Positions 27,484 to 30,142 of a stretch of 30,142 nucleotides of DNA are shown here, one piece after another. The translations under genes were made by a program, and so were the position numbers. The DNA lies in NCBI GenBank assembly GCA_043825875.1, contig JBDRRF010000021.1:1-30142 (forward strand). Reading direction: 5' to 3'. The DNA is from Pseudomonadota bacterium. Lineage in GTDB: Bacteria; Desulfobacterota; Desulfobacteria; Desulfobacterales; RPRI01. Positions within the stretch are counted from its first letter, which is position 1; each line of letters opens with the position of its first letter. A model generated the notes under the pieces. It searched no databases. It saw only the letters and a list, made by a program, of their open reading frames with translations, and was not told the DNA's origin.

Positions 27484-28442
27484 TTTACTTTATGGCAGAA
27501 AGGATGGTATTCGCCAATCAGCCCCCTGGCGTCAGCATTGCGAATATTGTGAACCGTCTCAATACTCGGGCGAGCTTCCTCCAATCCAAAACCTTGCCCT
27601 TCCAGGATTTTCTTATAACTTAGAGTGTGCAGATCCTTAAAACCAACGGAAAATTCGATTTCCTGTCCGTTAACCGTAATCGAGCGGTATGTTCTCATGT
27701 TACCACTTATTGTCTCTTCAGGCAAATAGTCGGCATTCACACTAAGAAACCAGCGTACCCGGGCGTTTGCCAAACCAAGGTATCCGGCTGCCGTGTCTGG
27801 ACGGTGGATGTGCACGATGTTTTCCTGCACAGGGCCAAAAATCCAGCTGAGCATGTCATAAAAATGAATACCGATGTTCGTGGCGATTCCTCCGGACTTC
27901 TCAGGGTAGCCCTTCCAACTCACAAAATACCACCTGCCCCTTGAGGTGAGATAGGTAAGATCAATATCGTAAGTTTTGCCTGGATCAGCAGCGATCTCCG
28001 CCGTTATCTTTTCCTTTAACGAAATTATATTTGGGTGCAGCCGAAGCTGAAGTATATTCCATGCCCGGCAACCGTATTCCGCCTCAATATCAGCCAAGGC
28101 ATCCAGGTTCCAGGGATTAAGTACCAGTGGTTTTTCACATATCGCGTCTGCCTTTATGCGCAGCGCAAAGCGGATATGGGCATCATGCAGGTAGTTGGGA
28201 GAGCAGATACTCACATATTGGATGGGCTGCTCCTTCTTTTGGCGCTGTTTTTCTGCATGGCGGTCAAAGCGCTCGAATTCTGTAAAAAAAGCTGCCTCGG
28301 GGAAATAGCTGTCGATAACGCCAACTGAATCTTTAGGATCTATTGCGGCAACCAATTTATTCCCTGTATCCAGAATGGCTTTCATATGCTGCGGTGCGAT
28401 ATAGCCGGCAGCCCCTATCAATGCAAAGTGCTTGGGGTTCAT
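27480..28442 (-). CDS. wbpB: WbpB/WlbA-type Gfo/Idh/MocA UDP-GlcNAcA 3-dehydrogenase
   Basis: [68 protein letters not shown]. Confidence 0.9.
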   Translation of the reverse strand: MNPKHFALIGAAGYIAPQHMKAILDTGNKLVAAIDPKDSVGVIDSYFPEAAFFTEFERFDRHAEKQRQKKEQPIQYVSICSPNYLHDAHIRFALRIKADAICEKPLVLNPWNLDALADIEAEYGCRAWNILQLRLHPNIISLKEKITAEIAADPGKTYDIDLTYLTSRGRWYFVSWKGYPEKSGGIATNIGIHFYDMLSWIFGPVQENIVHIHRPDTAAGYLGLANARVRWFLSVNADYLPEETISGNMRTYRSITVNGQEIEFSVGFKDLHTLSYKKILEGQGFGLEEARPSIETVHNIRNADARGLIGEYHPFCHKVK

Positions 28443-28760
28443 TATATCTTTCTGATCTGTTAGGTTTGTCTGTTTAATATAGATTCTTCGGAAAGTTGTT
28501 TTTCAAATATACTTGATGATCCCTTTGGGTCGGATAGGCTCCGCCCCCTTCGGTTACATCGAATTTTTTCGCTGCACCGAATACAAACCCAGTTTTACTG
28601 GCTTTGGTAACAGAACTACACATCTTGAAAATTTCCAGCATCAAAGTTATGGGCATCATATTTAAAGATATAAATCGGTATGCCCCACACTAAAAAAACC
28701 CTGCTTTCACAATTACATAACAAAAACAAAATGGTTAAAAACATAATTTACTTTAAATTA

Positions 28761-28776
28761 AGCAATCAATATGCCA
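28761..28776 (-). promoter_or_regulatory. sigma54 promoter upstream of wbpB-wbpD
   Basis: Minus strand TGGCAT-ATTGA-TTGCT. Confidence 0.75.
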
Positions 28777-29004
28777 AGTTCTTTTAACTGTTAAATATTT
28801 TGTGTAATTGAATAACTGGGCTTCATATGGAGATATCTGCAAGGCATAATCGGAAAGTTTTTCTTGTTTTTTACACAAACCAGGGCGGATATTGCCTGCC
28901 GCTTAAAGAATTTTGCTAATTGAAACTCCTGGCACAAGGCTTCGGAAAATTTACTCGCTATTTAGATTCAATACTCAGTGCAAAACAAGTTCTTTGTTTT
29001 GATT

Positions 29005-29064
29005 GTCAAATTACTGACGCGTCAAACTTTTTTTAAACATTGAAAGTTGCGTCAAATAATTGCC
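29005..29064. promoter_or_regulatory. cluster of FleQ/FlrA-like boxes
   Basis: GTCAAATTACTGAC (29005-29018), half-site GTCAAA (29021), and GTCAAATAATTGCC (29051-29064). Confidence 0.55.
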
Positions 29065-29098
29065 GTTTAGCAAAAAATAAAATAAATTATTTTTTTGC

Positions 29099-29125
29099 TA
29101 AAGTTTTTTTTTATGTTGCCGATAA
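29099..29125 (+). promoter_or_regulatory. sigma28 promoter of the DVU0524-like/flgM operon
   Basis: TAAAGTTT-N11-GCCGATAA, an exact consensus match. Confidence 0.9.
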
Positions 29126-29173
29126 TAGGTTTGAATGGATTTCATTTATTTGTATTGAGCAAGGAGTGCTATT

Positions 29174-29551
29174 ATGGTTATTTCAACATATCAAGTTAAT
29201 AATGTATTACGGGTTTACCATGATCAGCTTAGAAACAGCAGAGCATCGAGTAAAGCTGTTAAGAATCAGACTCAGTCGCCGGATAGAGTCACTATATCAA
29301 GTAATGCCAAGCAAAAAGCTGTCAGCGAAAAAATTGCTTCAAGTATTGCCAACAAAATAAACGGTTACGGCACAAAAGATGAAATTGGAAATGCGCCGTT
29401 AAAAAAATATGAGGCTGATTCTGAAATTCAGTCGAATGTATCTCAAAATATTTCTGAAGATCTCCTGTTTAAGATGATAGATGAAGAAGGAGAAACAATA
29501 AAAATGCTTAATGTTAACGATATTAATTATTTTGGTAATTCAGGAATATAA
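29174..29551 (+). CDS. DVU0524-family FlgM-associated protein
   Basis: MVISTYQVNNVLRVYHDQL...DRVTISSNAK pattern directly upstream of flgM; AAGGAG RBS. Family recalled from memory, not searched. Confidence 0.7.
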   Translation: MVISTYQVNNVLRVYHDQLRNSRASSKAVKNQTQSPDRVTISSNAKQKAVSEKIASSIANKINGYGTKDEIGNAPLKKYEADSEIQSNVSQNISEDLLFKMIDEEGETIKMLNVNDINYFGNSGI

Positions 29552-29574
29552 AATGATCAAAATTGAGGTTAATA

Positions 29575-29895
29575 ATGAGAATAGATGATAAGATTGCAAA
29601 TTATGAAATCAATCAACAGCTGGCAAAAGTAACGCCTAATATTAAGGAAGGACAGCCACTTCCGGAAGGGCAAAAAAACAGCAACATAAAAACTGAAAGC
29701 AAAGATGCTATAGTCAATCTTTCCCAAGCCTCAAAAGAAGTCAGGCTGGCAAATGAAGTTATATCTTCAACCCCGGATGTCAGAGAGAAAAAAGTTTTGG
29801 AAATAAAAGAAAAGATTGAATCAGGAACTTACGAAATTAACAATACTGCTGTTGCAGCAAAGCTTGTAGATGCTTTTATGGATGATATTTTCTAA
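29575..29895 (+). CDS. flgM: anti-sigma28 factor FlgM
   Basis: DAIVNLSQASKE...PDVREKKVLEIKEKIESGTYEINNTAVAAKLV. ATG at 29575 follows GAGG. Confidence 0.92.
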   Translation: MRIDDKIANYEINQQLAKVTPNIKEGQPLPEGQKNSNIKTESKDAIVNLSQASKEVRLANEVISSTPDVREKKVLEIKEKIESGTYEINNTAVAAKLVDAFMDDIF

Positions 29896-29940
29896 TACTT
29901 TTTACGAAAGTAATAAATTATAATATTCCGATTATACTAC

Positions 29941-29978
29941 AGCGGCTATATGGCAATCGCCATATAGCCGTTACCTTT
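29941..29978 (+). terminator. probable terminator hairpin after flgM
   Basis: CGGCTATATGGC-AATC-GCCATATAGCCG, a 12-bp perfect stem with a weak U tract (TTACCTTT). Confidence 0.6.
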
Positions 29979-30002
29979 ACAACACTATAAATCCAGCCTA
30001 TT

Positions 30003-30142
30003 GAGCCAGTTTCAAAACGCCCCATTTTGGCCGATCTCTGCGTTGGGCTCAAATTTCAATCCTCGAAATACTAAATGTATTCCTGTGGTTGAAATTTTCT
30101 CCCGCCTTGAGCTTGACCAAACTGAAACGTTTTGAAAGTGGC
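30003..30142. repeat. palindromic dispersed repeat, right copy (cut by the window end)
   Basis: Direct-orientation copy of 7-146; 30009-30142 is identical to 13-146. Confidence 0.9.

Noticed and set aside
562..28328. Numerous 60-162 aa ORFs overlapping larger genes (e.g. 13036..13524, 9780..10100, 26947..27279)
   Set aside because: Antisense or alternate-frame shadows of well-supported genes, with no recognisable motifs.
28474..28659. 61-aa ORF upstream of wbpB
   Set aside because: No clear RBS or motif. It could be a decayed fragment, but I cannot support that without BLASTX.
28930..28945. Plus-strand sigma54 promoter (TGGCAC-AAGGC-TTCGG)
   Set aside because: Lacks the essential GC at -12.
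28780..29000. c-di-GMP riboswitch in the large intergenic region
   Set aside because: I could not identify the class I or class II consensus by eye; an Rfam scan would be decisive.
29040..29360. 106-aa ORF
   Set aside because: Spans the sigma28 promoter and overlaps the better-supported gene at 29174.
29905..29934. Extra sigma28 promoter after flgM (…TCCGATTA)
   Set aside because: Poor -35 match and spacing, and it is immediately followed by a terminator-like hairpin.
1..30142. Circular element (plasmid or phage) implied by matching ends
   Set aside because: The copies have different left flanks and one mismatch, the gene content is chromosomal, and no rep, integrase or phage genes are present. 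A dispersed repeat fits better.

Overview
AT-rich bacterial chromosomal segment. Gene content (DVU0524-family gene next to flgM, CheD-HDOD fusion, sigma54/sigma28 promoters) suggests Desulfobacterota; this is inferred, not searched. It holds a late flagellar locus (fliC, an oversized fliD, fliS, a FliT-like gene, flaG, flgM) with two neighbours. One is a c-di-GMP/chemosensory module: GGDEF cyclase, CheD-HDOD fusion, HD-GYP phosphodiesterase and REC-SHOCT regulator. The other is a ~17 kb putative flagellin glycosylation island with TPR-GT2 and GT4 glycosyltransferases, a CDP-6-deoxyhexose pathway, a wbpB/wbpD pair and an unusual tailoring block (cobalamin-dependent radical SAM, SPASM-type radical SAM, FkbM and CmcI-type methyltransferases). 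Features not visible in the ORF track: a 140-bp hairpin repeat present as direct copies at both window ends; a pseudogene remnant ~50% identical to the island's first gene at the far end of the cassette; a ~100-bp MITE-like element in the operon leader; four sigma54-type and three sigma28-type promoters; FleQ-like GTCA-N6-TGAC boxes; and CsrA-like hairpins in the fliC leader. All calls come from motif recognition by eye; no database search was run.
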